A stretch of DNA of 64,000 nt from Callorhinchus milii. Lineage: Eukaryota. The notes under the pieces are model-generated. The model was not told where the DNA came from and did no database searches. It worked only from the letters and a program-made list of their open reading frames with translations. Positions 37,278 through 51,040 of the stretch are shown piece by piece (position 1 is the stretch's first letter; each line of letters begins with the position of its first letter). The position numbers were made by a program, and so were the translations under genes. Location of the stretch: NCBI RefSeq assembly GCF_018977255.1, contig NW_024704743.1:11782001-11846000 (forward strand), in the 5' to 3' direction.

Positions 37278-37810
37278 CAACAACAACAACAAGATTCCAT
37301 TTATAAAGCGCCTTTCACGTCAGGAGGACGTCCCAAGGCGCTGCACAGTTGGGTCAGGACCCGAGCAGGGGGAAATGGTCAGGGTGAGGGGAGGGAAGGG
37401 AGGGAGCGAGGAGGGGGAAATGGTCAGGGTGAGGGGAGGGAAGGGAGGGAGTGAGGAGGGGGGAAATGGTCAGGGTGAGGGGAGGGAAGGGAGGGAGCGA
37501 GGAGGGGGGAAATGGTCAGGGTGAGGGGAGGGAAGGGAGGGAGCGAGGAGGGGGAAGAGAGTCGAGAGGGGAGCTGAAGGCTCGGTCAAAGAGAAAGGTT
37601 TTGAGACCGGCCTTGAAGGAGGAAAGGGAGGAGGCGGCGAAGGCACTGGGGATGGAGTTCCAGAGCCTCGGGGCTGAGAGGCTGAAGGCCCGACCACCGA
37701 TGGTAGGGCGATTGGGGCGGGGGATGTGGAGCAGACCGGAGCCGGAGGAACGGAGGGTACGGGCAGGTAGGTAGGGGGATAGTATAGGTGAGGATGAGGA
37801 TCTTGAAATC
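37278..37810 (-). mobile_element. Young L2 3' end with 4-unit VNTR
   Basis: TIGGRAFSLSAPRLWNS; (TTG)n tail; tail-to-tail with the preceding L2. Confidence 0.92.
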
Positions 37811-38305
37811 AAAGCACTCTGGGACGCTGGTCTGTGTGAGGGGTGCTGTATAATTGCAAGTTGTTGTTGATAATCAAAAAAAAGAAAACAGTCTCCCAAA
37901 TAAAATTGGTCATCCACTTGATGGCTGTTTATGTGACAGCACTGCATTGCCAGAGATGACATCCTTTGGCTGAGAGATTTAACCAAATCTGCCTATTCAG
38001 ATGGATGTTAAAGATCCAATGGCACTACTTAAAAAGAGGAGGGAGTTTCCCCAGTGCCTGGCCAATAATCTCCCAAATAAAATTTGTCATTTGTTTCATG
38101 TCTGTTTGTGGCACATTGTTTTGGTTATTGGGCTGTCGCATTTGCCCACAAAGTACAGTCACTACATTTCACAGAAAGTCCTGTGAAGTGCTTTGTCTCT
38201 ATATCAAATGCAAAGATTATTATTAAGGATTTTTATTGCGCCACGTCAAAGCGATTCACAGGATTTACTGCAAAGTGTAGTGACTGGGTGTTTTGGCTTA
38301 GGGAA

Positions 38306-38619
38306 TTAATAATAATAATAATCCTTGCATTTGATATAGCGCTTTTCACGTCTTCTAGACGTCTCAAAGCGCTTCACAGAATATGCTGTAAAGTGAATTG
38401 AATGTATATTTGTGGGTGAAACATGGTAGCCAATTGTGCACCGCAGTGTCCCACAAACAGTCGTGGATTGAAAATGACCAATTTATTATTGTTTTGTTTT
38501 GGAGGGATTATTATCAGGCGTATGGAGTAAGGAAACTTGCCCAAGGTTTCGCCCTCTGCCTGAACCCAGGTGTCTCGCTTGCAAGGCAAGTGCTCTAACC
38601 ACTGAGCTACAGGACTCCA
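38306..38619 (-). mobile_element. tRNA-Ala-derived SINE
   Basis: Head ends ctgagctacaggactcca; (TTA)n tail. Confidence 0.9.
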
Positions 38620-39355
38620 CGTGAAATCTGTTTATGAAACAGTTTTCACCCCACTATTATCCTCTATGCACTGCATGTTCATTGTGTGTTTGTGGCGAAC
38701 ACATCACCTAATTTTAATACAGCAATGTCCCACAATTGGAGGTGCATGACAAATTCTGGAGGATTGTTGGCCAGGACTTACTTACTACTTACTGTCAGGT
38801 AAACAGAGATGTGTAGAGTAAGGAAGTCTGCCTAAGGTTTCGCCATGCCCTCGACTTAACTTCATTTGGAGAGCTATCTTGTTGGTCCAAATGACTTCCT
38901 GTGCCCTAATTTCTAGGGTTCTATGAAACTAGTTGTGTTATTCCCTGAGTTTATTGTGTAGCAGGTCAAAATAATAATAATAATCCTTGCATTTGATATA
39001 GTGCTTTATCACGTCATCAGAATGTCTCAAACAGTTAAGAATACTGTTTACTACATAAAAAACCCCATCACTGCTAATATAACTGAAAAATCTGAATGAA
39101 CCTTAACTTGCCGTGAATAATATTTAATTTTTATTGACTGTAAATCTTGTGTTTGTTCCACTGCCAAAGTACATTAAGTGTAAAATACGGTCAGGTCTAC
39201 ATGTATAATTAAGAACAGATGTCTGAAAAATAATGGCTTACGCAAAAGAAGTGGGCCTCAGCGCTGGATGTGCCAAATAGTTTGGAGTGTCAGCGATGTG
39301 AGTTAATCAGTGAAAAGGCAAAGTTGTGTGCCTCTCAGCCTCTCAGCCTCATTTG

Positions 39356-39676
39356 TGGAGTCCTGTAGCTCAGTGGTTAGAGCACTCGCTTTGCAAGCAA
39401 GAGACCTGCGTTCAATTCCAGGCAGAGGGCGAAACCTTGGGCAAGTTTCCTTACTCCACACAGAGCCTAATAATAATCCCACCAAAACCAATAATAAATT
39501 GGTCATTTTCAATCTACGACTGTTTGTGGGACATTGCTGTGCGCAATTGGCTGCCGCGTTCGCCCACAAATATACAGTCAATTCACTTTACAGTGTGTTC
39601 TGTGAAGTGCTTTGGGACGTCCTCCCGACGTGAAAAGCGCTATATCAAATGCAAGGATTATTATTATTATTATTAT
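39356..39676 (+). mobile_element. Young tRNA-Ala-derived SINE
   Basis: tggagtcctgtagctcagtggttagagc ... gattattatta. Confidence 0.92.
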
Positions 39677-39929
39677 AGTCACACCTGTGGCGAGCAGTAT
39701 ATTTTCATGTGGAGTGGGGCCAGACTTTTGAACGCACTTAAAAAACTCGAGAACTCACGAGGCTCAAGGGACATTCTGCATAAGAACTTATATTGATATC
39801 CTGAGGCAATCATGCACAGGTGACCGATTCCCCGTTGATGTTCTGACATGCTCTTGAAGCGTACGTTATAGCTATTAGCACTGTGACAGATTTAATGTCT
39901 ACCTTCTGTCTCATGTCCCAGGTACCTTA

Positions 39930-40362
39930 CAATAATAAATAACAATCCTTACATTTGATACAGCACCTTTTACGTCAAGAGGACATGTCAAAGCGCTTCA
40001 CAGGATTTACTGTGAAGTGCAGTGGCTGTGCATTTTGTAGGCAAACGCGGCAGCCAATTTGCTCACAGCAACGTCTCACAATCAGCCATGGAGTGAGTGA
40101 CCAATTTTTATCTGAGGGATTCTTAGCGAGGATACACGGGAGAAACTTCCTTCTCTTTTTAAATGGTGCTGTGGGATCTTTAACATCCGCCTGAACAGGC
40201 AGACAGGACCAGCTAAAGGATGGCACCTCTGGCAATGTAGCACACCCACAGCATCGCACTAGAATGTCAGCATAGACTATATGATCTCAAAGTCATGAGT
40301 GTGGGGTTTGAACCCACAACCTCTGACTTGGTGGCACAAGTGCTACCAACTGAGACCAGGTG
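39930..40362 (-). mobile_element. Deu-domain SINE
   Basis: tRNA head near 40300-40360; core gggatctttaacatccgcctgaacaggcagac. Confidence 0.8.
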
Positions 40363-40489
40363 ACATATGCCTTGCCAGCTTTTGTGAGAAGGAATGAGAG
40401 ATTGAATCCTGGCTATTTGTGAGACCCTGCTGTGCACAAGATGGCTTTGGCTTCTGGGTCTGCGTACAGATACACAGTTTCTACACTTA

Positions 40490-40802
40490 AGCCTGGCTCA
40501 ATGGTAGTACTCTCACATAAGTACTTAATTTCATAGTCTAAGCTGACATTCGGGATAGTGTTGGGGAGTACTTCGTTATGAGAAGTGTCGTCCTTCAAAT
40601 GAGATGGAGGTCCCGTCTACCTGTTCAGGTCGATAGCTAGATGAATTGGTCACTCACATTCAAGGTGGTTTGTGGGACACTGCTGTATGTGAATTGGCTG
40701 CAAATGCACAGTCACTTCGCTTGACAGCTATTCCCTTTAAAATACTTTGAAACGCTTCATTATATAATATAGATTATATCAAATGCAAGGATTATTATTA
40801 TT
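40490..40802 (+). mobile_element. Deu-domain SINE (degenerate)
   Basis: gcctggctcaatggtagtactc..cccgtctacctgttcaggt..caaggattattatta. Confidence 0.7.
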
Positions 40803-40947
40803 TAACTTAAAATTGCATCCAATAATTCTTAGAGCGTGGGTAACCTGAGGGAGGAACAAAAAAAGCAATACAGTAATATTTCTAAGCAGATGATACAATA
40901 CAATTTACATTTATTTATTATAGTACAATACAATTTACATTTATTAT

Positions 40948-41455
40948 AGCCCGTGTCCTCTCCTGCACTAGGCTCCGTGACCCTATCACCCCCATCCTTG
41001 CCCGACTCCACTGGCTTCCCATCAAACAGAGGATACAGTTCAAGATCCTGGTCTTCACCTTCAAAGCCCTCCACGGTCTAGCTCCCCCCGACCTCTCCGA
41101 CCTCCTTACCCCCACCATCCTGTTTGCTCCCTCTGCTCAGCGGGCTCCAGCCTGCTTCACGTCCCCCGACTTGCTCACCCCACTATCGGCGGGCAGACCT
41201 TCCGCCACTCTGTACCCACCCTCTGGAACTTCATCCCACAGCCCCTCGATCTCACCCTCTCCCTCGCCACCTTCAAGACCCACCTCAAGACCCTCCTCTT
41301 CGACTGTGCTTTCGATCTCCCTACTTCTCCCCCTGCCCTCCCGCCTCCCGACCCTCAGCTCGGGTCCATAACTCTGTCTGTCACACGCCTTGGAATGTCC
41401 TCCCAAACGTGAAAGGTGCTATACAAATGTAATTTTGTTGTTGCTATTGTTGTTG
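40948..41455 (+). mobile_element. L2 3' fragment (older subfamily)
   Basis: ITPILARLHWLPIKQRIQFKIL; LWNFIPQPLDLTLSLATFKTHLKT; (TTG)n tail. Confidence 0.88.
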
Positions 41456-41599
41456 CCTTTCACGTCAAGAGGACGTCTCAAAGCGCTTAATGCTGCTGGC
41501 TGGGGACACGATGTGAGAGTGGGAGTCGAAGGGGCAGGGAGAGGAAAGATGACCGAAAACAAGGTCAAAAAGTTCTAGGTCTAGAGACAGGCCTTGAGC

Positions 41600-41760
41600 C
41601 ATAAACTGGATAGGTATCTGGAGAAGACAGGTTTGCAGGGTTATGGGGAGAAAGCTGGTGAGTGGGGTTAATAAAAGTCAGTTGCTCTGTCAAAGAGTCG
41701 GCACAGACTCGATGGGCCGAATGGCCTCCTTCTGTGCCGTAACATTCTATGATTCTATGA
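41600..41760 (+). mobile_element. CR1 3' end
   Basis: gatgggccgaatggcctccttctgtg..attctatgattctatg. Confidence 0.85.
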
Positions 41761-42378
41761 ATTCTGTGTGCAAATTGTCTGCCACAATTGCCGCACAAAA
41801 TACACAGTGACTACGTTTTATACTTTTTTCGAGACATCCTCCTGATGTAAAAAGCACTATATCAAATTCTATCATAAAATTATTATTATTAATAAGGGGT
41901 CATACAGTCTCTGTAGCTTGGCTATTGTGAGTTTCAGAGAACAGGTCTGACAGGTCATTTCACGCATTGTTGCAACAGCAACTCCCCCACTCCCCTCCCT
42001 CCATGAACTAAGACTTAAAGCTTCATAAAGTACAGGCGTCACAAAGAAGTTAGTCACAGGATCTCCACATTCTGTCAGCACTACTCAGGATGGAATGAGG
42101 TATTAAGAAGCTAAGCTGGAGGGAGGACATTGCCTGGCAGCCTACCATTTGCAGAGATGTCTATTTTTCTTGCGACACCACACACAGAGCTGCTTCTTGG
42201 CAGATACCTCAGTTCACTGGCTCTACTGCTCTTTGATGGACAGTGGACTCAGTTTCTCCACTGGATGACTGACTGGGTTGAATTACGGGATCGACCCGGA
42301 ATCTCGCACTGCCAATTGCATTGTTGCTTAGCTTTTAGGGTTTCAGAACCTGGGTTGATTTACGAAATAATAACGATA

Positions 42379-43836
42379 ATCTCCCCTTCCTGTCCAAGGT
42401 TCTCGAAAGAGTCATCACCTCCCAGCTGCGCTCTTTCCACTCCACCCATTCACTATTTGAATCCCTCCAGTTGGGTTTCCGTGCTGCCCATAGCACAGAA
42501 ACCGACCTGGTCAAGGTCACTAATGACATCTTGACCATCTGCGACAAGGGCTCCCTCTGCCTCCTCGTCCTCCTCGACCTATCGGCCGCATTCGATACGG
42601 TCGACCACTCTATCCTCCTCCACCACTTGTCCTCCCACCTCAACCTTCAAGGCCCTGTCCTTGAGTGGTTTAGGTCCTACCTCTCCCACCGTCTTCATTT
42701 TGTTTCCACAAACAGCTTTTCCTCCAGCCCCCGCACTGTCTCGTGCGGTGTCCCTCAGGGCTCTGTCCTCGGTCCCCTCCTCTTCACCCTCTATATGCTC
42801 CCACTTGGCGACATCATCCGCAGACATGGGGTTAACTTTCACATGTATGCAGATGACACCCAACTCTACCTTTCCTCCTCTACCCTCAACTCCACGACCA
42901 CCGATGTCCTGACAGCTGCCTGTGCGACATCGAGTCCTGGACGAGAGATGTCTTTCTTCAGCTCAACGTGCGCAAAACTGAGGCTCTCCTGATTGGCTCA
43001 CGTCAGCGCCTCCGCACCTCAGGCGTTGACGGCATCAGCATCCAAGGCTGCACTCTCCACCTCTCAAAGCCAGTCAGGAACCTCGGTGTTCTGTTCGACC
43101 CTGAGCTGTCCTTTCTTCCTCATATCCGCGCCACAACTGGCACCGCCTTCCATCACCTCCGGAATATCGCCAGACTACGGCACTACCTCACCCCTCACGC
43201 GGCTGAAACTCTGGTCCACGCCTTTATCACCTCAAGGCTGGACTACGGGAACTCTCTCCTCGCCGGCCTTCCCGGCACCTCCCTCCACAAGCTGCAGGTC
43301 ATCCAGAACTCTGCAGCTCGTGTACTGTCCCGCACCAGGCTTCACGACCACATCACTCCCACCCTCGCTCACCTCCACTGGCTCCCCATCCCCCAGAGGA
43401 TCGAATTCAAGATCCTCATCCTCACCTACAAGGCCATTCACGGCCTTACTCCCTCCTACCTCTCCGACCTACTATCCCCCTACCTACCTGCCCGTACCCT
43501 CCATTCTTCCGGCTCCGGTCTGCTTCACACTCCCCGCCCCAACCGCCCTACCATCGGTGGCCGGGCCTTCAGCCTCTCAGCCCCGAGGCTCTGGAACTCC
43601 ATCCCCCAGTGCCTTCGCCGCTTCCTCCCTTTCCTCCTTCAAGGCCGGTCTCAAGACCTTTCTCTTCAACCGTGCCTTCAGCTCCCCTCTCGACTTTCTA
43701 GCCTTCCTCGCTCCCTCCCTTCCCTCACCTCATCCTGACCATTTTCCCCCTGTTCGAGTCCCGACCCAACTGTCCAGCGCCTTGGGACGTCCTCCCGACC
43801 TGAAAGGCACTCTATAAATGCAATCTTGTTGTTGTT
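42379..43836 (+). mobile_element. Young L2 LINE, 5'-truncated
   Basis: RT motifs [19 protein letters not shown]; close to the 19.2-kb copy; 3' hairpin and (TTG)n tail. Confidence 0.95.
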
Positions 43837-46292
43837 AAATTTGATATGGCCTCTTTCACGTCAGGAACACATCTTAAAGAGCCTCACAGGATATAATGTA
43901 AAGGGCAGTCACTGTGTATTTTGTTGGCAAATTTGAATTGTACCCAAAATATACAATGCCATATGACAATAGGAGAAACTTCCTTGTTGTTTCAAGTAGT
44001 GTCATGAGTTCTTGACTGTCCTCCTGGACAGGCAGAAGGGACCTTGGTTTAACATCTCATCCGACAGCGCCTCTGACAATGTAGTGCTCCCACCAACACT
44101 GCGCTGGAGTGTCAACCTGGACTGCAAGTCTAGAAAATACCACAGTTTTGATCCTAATAGTTTTCCGGTCTTGTGGGCTATTATGTACTATGTATTATGT
44201 ATTATGGAACCAGAATTTTTTTATTACATTGTCCTATTAGTTTCATCTCCAGGATACGGTGAGAAGCTTTGTTTATTTCTGCATTCTGACGCTCATGTCT
44301 AAAGCCCAGTGATTTCAATTGGCAAAGGATAAGAATAATTGTAATCCTTACATTTGTTATATCGCCTTTCATGTAAGAGCATATCTCAAGTACTTCAACA
44401 ACAATAGCTTGCATTTATATTGTGCCTTTCCCCCAAGATAGCATCTCGGAGTGCTGCACAGGAATTCACTGTAATGTGTAGTAACTGTGTATCCAATTTA
44501 CATACAGCAATAATGTAAATTACTAATTTTATCTGGGGGGGATTGTTGGCCCAGACAATGGAAGAAATTCCCTTCTCTTTTTATCAGTGCTATGGGATTT
44601 TTAACACCCACACGAACAAACAGACAGATAGCTTAAGTTTAATATCTCATCTGAATGATGACACCAATGACAATACTGCAGAGACTTCCCCAGCATTGTA
44701 CCGATAGTCAGACCAGACTGTGAGCTCAATTGCCCATGAGGAACTTGAACCTTCTGACTCAGAGGCAAGAATGCTACAAACTACTGAGCCAAGTTGTGCG
44801 ATTTCTACGCTTTAGAATCGTGAAAACAATAGTAGCAGTATGAGGGCATTCTTTTACAAGTTAAGTCTCCAAGAAAGGTCTCTTTCCCCCTCACCCAGGG
44901 AGAGAGGGAGAACCTGAATGCATTGACACTCTTGAAAACACTTAATCCAACTCTCAGAGTTGAGCTTCACACCAGGCCTCAGACCGAGTCTCAGGACAGT
45001 GTTACACTTCAATTCTTTCGATTAAAGAGCACAAGCTGATTACATTTGAGGCCCTACCAGCTTTCCCGTCAGACTGAACAGTGTTTGTGTGCTGATCTTG
45101 GAACACACAATCTCTGAGTCAATTTTGCTTGTGGAGAAGCCATGTCTTGTGATGGTCAGAAAAGGCTGAAACAAAGTTTTGTTTTGTTCGTCTTTTAATG
45201 GGTGTCCACTTTGCCGTTCTCACAATTTGTTTTCCAATTTTTTTCCAATTACACTGTCATGCACCTCTGGCACCTTGTAGAAAACTAGACGTGGATAACA
45301 TAATAAGATTTGCATTTGACATGGTGCCTCATCATGTCATCGAGACATATTGCCCTTTGATCAAATAAAAAGTCTCCTGTAGGTGAATGCTGCAGTTAAT
45401 TTGCACAACAGCAGTATCCCACAAACAGCTGTAAAGTGAAACACCAATTTTATTTGAGGGGATTATCAGCTAAGACACTGGGAACAGTCCATCGGGCATT
45501 CTGATCTTATTCTTCCAGAACACCCATCCTACTGTCTTCAACAGCGTTGGGCTGTTTTTCAAATGAATCCTGACCTCAATCACCCTTCATGGTAACCTGT
45601 TCTGGTTGGTAAATACCCTTCAGGTAGAAAAGAGAAACCTCCTCGTGGCTGCCCTTTGCAACTTCAAACCTATATCCTCTTCTGTTTGAGATATCCTCCA
45701 GATATGAAAGGCGCTACACAAAATGTAAATTGTATTTATATGGTACTATTTTGCATCCTAAAGTATTGTTTCTATCTACCTGTATCTCTACATCTAATAA
45801 CCCTAAATTCTTTTAGCACACTGCAAATTACCCCATGCCTTTCTAAAATCCTTTGTGGTTTCTTGCTCGATCATATAGGCTGGTGATTAAATCTGTATTC
45901 CTATTACCCTTTGTCTAAAGAAAAAGTCCCCTGCATTTTCTGTTCTTTTCTGTTGCCCTTACTTTGAAGATTTGAAGATCTCCTTTGTTCTTCAATTTTG
46001 TAGACGGCAGGAAAGCTTAACAAAGATCGATGGGAGACTAAGTGGGGTATCCTCTGAAACTGAACAGTACGTGTAATTGAAATAGATTACCCCAGATCCC
46101 CAGGGAGCAGAAAGGAATTAAGATTGAGTGCTGTTCCCCACAGCCCACACCACTGAACCATGAGACTTAAGTGTATATATACCTCATCTAATTGCTTACA
46201 CTCTGCTTTTTCTGATGTATTTTGCTGCAGAAAGTACAGTGTAGTTCAGCGGTACGATCCTTCAGTATTGTTTACAAGTCCACCTTGGCAGC

Positions 46293-47025
46293 AGCCTGGC
46301 TAGGTTGCTAGCATTCTTGCCTCTGAAGCAGAAGGTAGTGGTTCAAAACCCCAGGTCAGGACTTTGGATTCACATAGTCTAAGCTGACAATTGTCTAAGC
46401 AGGCACCCCAGTTCTTGGGGTGGGGGTGCATGGATTCATCCTTCAGATGATATGTTTGTAGAGTCCTGTAGCTCAGTGGTTAGAGCACTCGCTTTGCAAG
46501 TGAGAGACCTGAGTTCAATTCCAGGCAGGGCGAAACCTTGGGCAAGTTTCCTTACTCCACACGTCTAATAATAATCCCTCCAAAAACCAAAAACAATAAT
46601 AAATTGGTCATTTTCAATCTACGACTGTTTGTGGGACATTGCTGTGCGCAATTGGCTGCTGCGTTCGCCCACAAATATACAGTCAATTCAATTTGCAGCG
46701 TGTTCCGTGAAGCACTTTGGGACGTCCTCCCAACGTGAAAAGCGCTATATCAAATGCAAAGATTATTATTATTATTATGTCTCCCTGATTAGGTGGACAT
46801 CAAAGATCCCATGGTACTGATCAAAAAGGAGAAAACAATCCCCCAAATAAAACTGGAGTCATTCACCTGATGGAATATTTGTGAGACATCGCTGTGTGCA
46901 AATTGGCTGCTGCATTCACCTATGAAATACACAGTCACTGAATATTACAGTAAATCCTGTGAAGTGTTTTGTTGTAACATTCGTGGCATGCTCTCAATGA
47001 AAAAGATGCTACATCAAATGCAAGG
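46293..47025 (+). mobile_element. Deu-domain SINE split by a young SINE
   Basis: Head and core at 46293-46458; resumes at 46779 (aggtggacatcaaagatcccatgg). Confidence 0.75.
46459..46778 (+). mobile_element. Young tRNA-Ala-derived SINE
   Basis: Same head, body and tail as the other copies. Confidence 0.92.
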
Positions 47026-48019
47026 ATGTACATTAAGAGTTCATCTGATCAGGCAGACTTGGTTTAACATTTCATTCGAAGCATAAGCATGGTGATGGGT
47101 TTCCGCATGTGTCAGACACCTGACCAACCCCCCCAAACAATCCTTGCATCCTGCTTATCTAATTCCAGAAAGTATTAGGCGTAGGTTGGCAAGGGCCAAA
47201 GCTTGGGAACCCCAGTGTATGCATTGGGACACTGCTGGAGTCTAACCAGCTAAAACCGCATAGCTTGCTATTGATAAGCTATTTTTCTTGAGGATCTGGT
47301 TTTGGCTTTACGTTGCTTCTCACCTCTTCAGTGTATAACCAAATCAATTCCAGCTCACAAACCTTAACTGAATCTTAAAGACAATATGAAGATCCTTGCC
47401 CTGATGTGTTATTGAAAAGCCTTTTGAATGGCTGGATTTTTAATATGAACTTGAACTTTCAAACTCCTCAGCACATGGAAACATCTCGAAGCACAATAAA
47501 CTCAAATGTAGCAGTTATTTGTATATCCAAATTCAGAAGCCATTGGCGCACAGTGATATCCCAGCCATGAAGTGAATGGCCAATTTATATGGAGTATTAT
47601 TGGCCAGGACCCCGGGAGAAACTCCCATTTTGGTATTAGGTAATGAAGGGGTAAATTGCACAAACTGAAAAGGTGATGGGTAATGGCACACAAGGGGAAG
47701 TCCTCTTGTGGTTAATTGAAGCTGAAGCACAAAAGAACTGAACAACTAATCCAGTCTCTTTGAGTGCTTGTTGCCAACATAATACTCACTTTGATGGGAT
47801 CCTTGCCCTTCAGGACGATGGGACCAGCTGAGTGGTGGCATGGCTGACAAAGCATCACGTCCCTAGTACAGCAGTAGAGTGCCAACCTTCACTAAGACTT
47901 CAAGTCCCAATGTGGAGCTTGAACCTGCAACATTTTGACCCAGATACGGGAGTGCTACCAACTGAGACAAGCTTAAATCCTTAAACAAGGGAAAATTGAA
48001 GACTCTCACACTGTCAACC

Positions 48020-48570
48020 AATCTCAGAGCATTTTACAAAGATGAAGGTCATGCTGAGCGGAGGGGTTTGGGGGTGGCGGGGGAGGAGGTCACCATAGGC
48101 ACATTTGGTGAGAAAAGTTTTTGAGGAAGGACTTGAGGACAGAAAGACGGTGAGGGTTTGAGTCAGGGTGTTTCAGAGATTAGGGGAGCAGGACCTGAAC
48201 GTCATGATGGTAGTGCTGAAAGGACTGAAGCCTGAATTCGCTGAGTGGAGGTCCCACGTGGAGGAGTATTGCAGGATAAAAATCGGAGAGATAATGAGGT
48301 ACCAGGGTATGGATGGATATGTAGGCAAGGGCATAAATCGATCCACTGGGAGAGGGGGCAGCCTGGCAAAGACTGGAATTTTGTTCCAGTTGGATTAAAA
48401 ACTAACTCGGCGAAGCAGAAGGTAATGCTAAATACTAAAAAGTTCCCCCTGTGGCGATGGGGAGTGGACAAGGACTGACTGGATGAACTGCAGCCTGTGG
48501 AGGGAGTAGTTGGGAAGGCTGACAAGCAGGGAGTTTGGACTGGCAGAGTTCTGAAGAATCTGTTGAAGGT
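48020..48570 (-). mobile_element. Old L2 3' fragment
   Basis: Degenerate QWIDL and fragments matching the other minus-strand L2 copies. Confidence 0.6.
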
Positions 48571-50717
48571 CCCCTGTTCATACGCAAGTCTTGGGAGAAG
48601 AGCACTTTGTGGGTGGATATTGTACAATTGTCTCATTATTTATGCTTCAGATGAGATGTTAAACCAAGTCTGCCTGATCAGTTGAACTCTTAATGTACTT
48701 AAACTTTTTTGGTCAGCTGCGTGTCTAATACATGCAAAAACCCATCACCGTGCGTAACAGTATCCAAACCAAGCTGAGAAGTCCATGCATCCCACCTACA
48801 CATGGAAATCCCAGAGATAGATTGTTAGAATAGAATGCGCACTCTCTCCCTGGAGGGACACATCCTGCTAACCTAATTCCAGAAAGTATTAGACGCAGTT
48901 TGGCAAGCGCCAAGGCTTGGGAACCCCAGAATGTATGTTGGAGCACTGCTGGAGTCTAAATAGCTAAAACCACATAGCTAGCCAATTGTTATTGCTGCTT
49001 GGCAAACTTTCCCGCTGCTTGTCCATCTAGGACCACCCTACTTGTTCGGGCTTTAGCTTGTAGGGTTAACAGGAGCTGAGTGGGATGACTCCCTGTGCAC
49101 AACAACAATAAAATTGTATGGAGAGAGTCTAGGAGCCAGAAGGAATGTCTTAAGGAAGGAAACTCAGCATTTATGGGGGTGGTGGGGAGAGAAGGGGGGG
49201 GGGGATGTTCCAGGGGGATCTTTGAGTTGTTTCCCTTTGAGTTTGAGTTAGTCCCATATATTAAAAAAAATTGGTCACTCAATCCACGATTGTTTGTGGG
49301 ACACTGCTGTGCGCAATCTGCTGCCGCATTTCAACCACAAAACATACAATCAATTCACTTTATAGTATATTCTGGGAAGCGCTTTGTAACATCTTGAAGA
49401 CTTGATAAGGCGCTATATCAAATGCAAGGAATATTATTAGTATCATTTGTACCGATCAGTTCACTGCTCTTTGTCCAACTGGGATCTAGTTCCCTCCTGC
49501 TTGGGCTTTGGACATGTCCTCACCTCTATGGACTGATTCGTTAACAGTAACTTAACAGACTGAGTGACCTCGTTCTGCACTGCAGTGTTCTGACATTCCT
49601 ATAATATCTTCACCAAACACGTCACACCATTTGAAAGTGAAACAAGCTGGATTGCACCATTCCCCAAATCACTGGAGGGCTAACCTTTTTAATATTGCCC
49701 TTGATGTTTACAATGACTGGTAGAGTATTGAACATTGGAAGTTGTCAGTCAGTTCTGATGTGCACTTTCAGATGTGGTAATCTGTCAAATCACCTCCAAC
49801 ACTCAACATAACCTTCGGGGCCTTGGCAAAAAAGAACCAAGCAGACAAATGCAGCAACGAAAAAGCAGGGAGATGTTTGAAATGTGGGGCCGAGTCAGCT
49901 TTTAATTTGTTTCTTTGTGCAGCGATTTGCCAGCTACTGTGAATATTAAGTGCTTTCAACCTGTAAAGGCACCTTTAACTCAATGGAATGTTTTTAAGCG
50001 AAGATGGGATATGAATACTCTTGAGGTCTGTTATTTCTTTCAATCTGATTGAAAGTGACAATCCAACTCCCCAACTCCAATTTTACATGTGATTGATGTA
50101 ATTTTTATGTGCGGCTGCTGTTTTTTCCCCTCCGACTCCTTAATTTCCCGTTTTAATCTAATATATTCCCAAAGTTCCTCTGTGCATGAATTATTTACCA
50201 GGATGTAGTTTCAACATGGGACGGTGAGGAATGGGGAAGTCAGGGGGAGCCTGAGGTGCTTCAGAAAAAAATACATACCCGAACTCTATGGGGAATGTGA
50301 TAGGTCAGACCTCAAATTAACTTTGATTTGATGGGGAGAAAAACTTCAAGTGAATTTACAAACAAATAGTGTTTAGTTGGATCCTAAATATGAAGAGCTT
50401 GCAAACATCCTGGGACATATTCTCCAACACAGCTCGAGGCACGTTGTTTTGAGACTTTGGTTGGAAATGATTACACTGGAAAATAACATGACATTCAATT
50501 ACTTTGGAAGTCTAAACAATGGAAAGTTATAATCATTTATTCTAACCATCTTTCACCTTGCTGTAGGTAGCACAGATCTGGGAAAATCTGGTAACAGTAC
50601 TTCACGATGCCTGTCTTTCAGTGTCTCAAGCGCTCTGAGACTCTACCCTGCGTAAGGTTGATGTTGTTGATGGTCCAGTCACCACACAGCTGGGGGGGGC
50701 CTTGCCATACACAAATG

Positions 50718-51040
50718 TGGAGTCCTGTAGCTCAGTGGTTAGAGCACTCGCCGTGCAAGCGAGACACCTGGGTTCAATTCCAGGCAGAGGGCGAAACCTT
50801 GGGCAAGTTTCCTTACTCCACACAGAGCCTAATAATAATCCCTCCAAAACAAATCAATAATAAATTGGTCATTTTCAATCCACGACTGTTTGTGGGACAT
50901 TGCTGTGCGCAATTGACTGCCGCGTTTCGCCCACAAATATACGGTCAATTCACTTTACAGTCTATTCTGTGAAGCGCTTTGAGACGTCTAGAAGACGTGA
51001 AAAGCACTATATCAAATGCAAGGATTATTATACTATTATA
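50718..51040 (+). mobile_element. tRNA-Ala-derived SINE
   Basis: Full head; hairpin loop variant gacgtctagaagacgt. Confidence 0.92.

Noticed and set aside
39356..39430. tRNA-Ala(TGC) gene
   Set aside because: No proper acceptor stem or poly-T terminator; it is the head of a multi-copy SINE.
50541..50595. Plus-strand acceptor ttctaaccatctttcaccttgctgtag
   Set aside because: Good signal, but only a very short possible exon with no partner exons identified; too weak to call.
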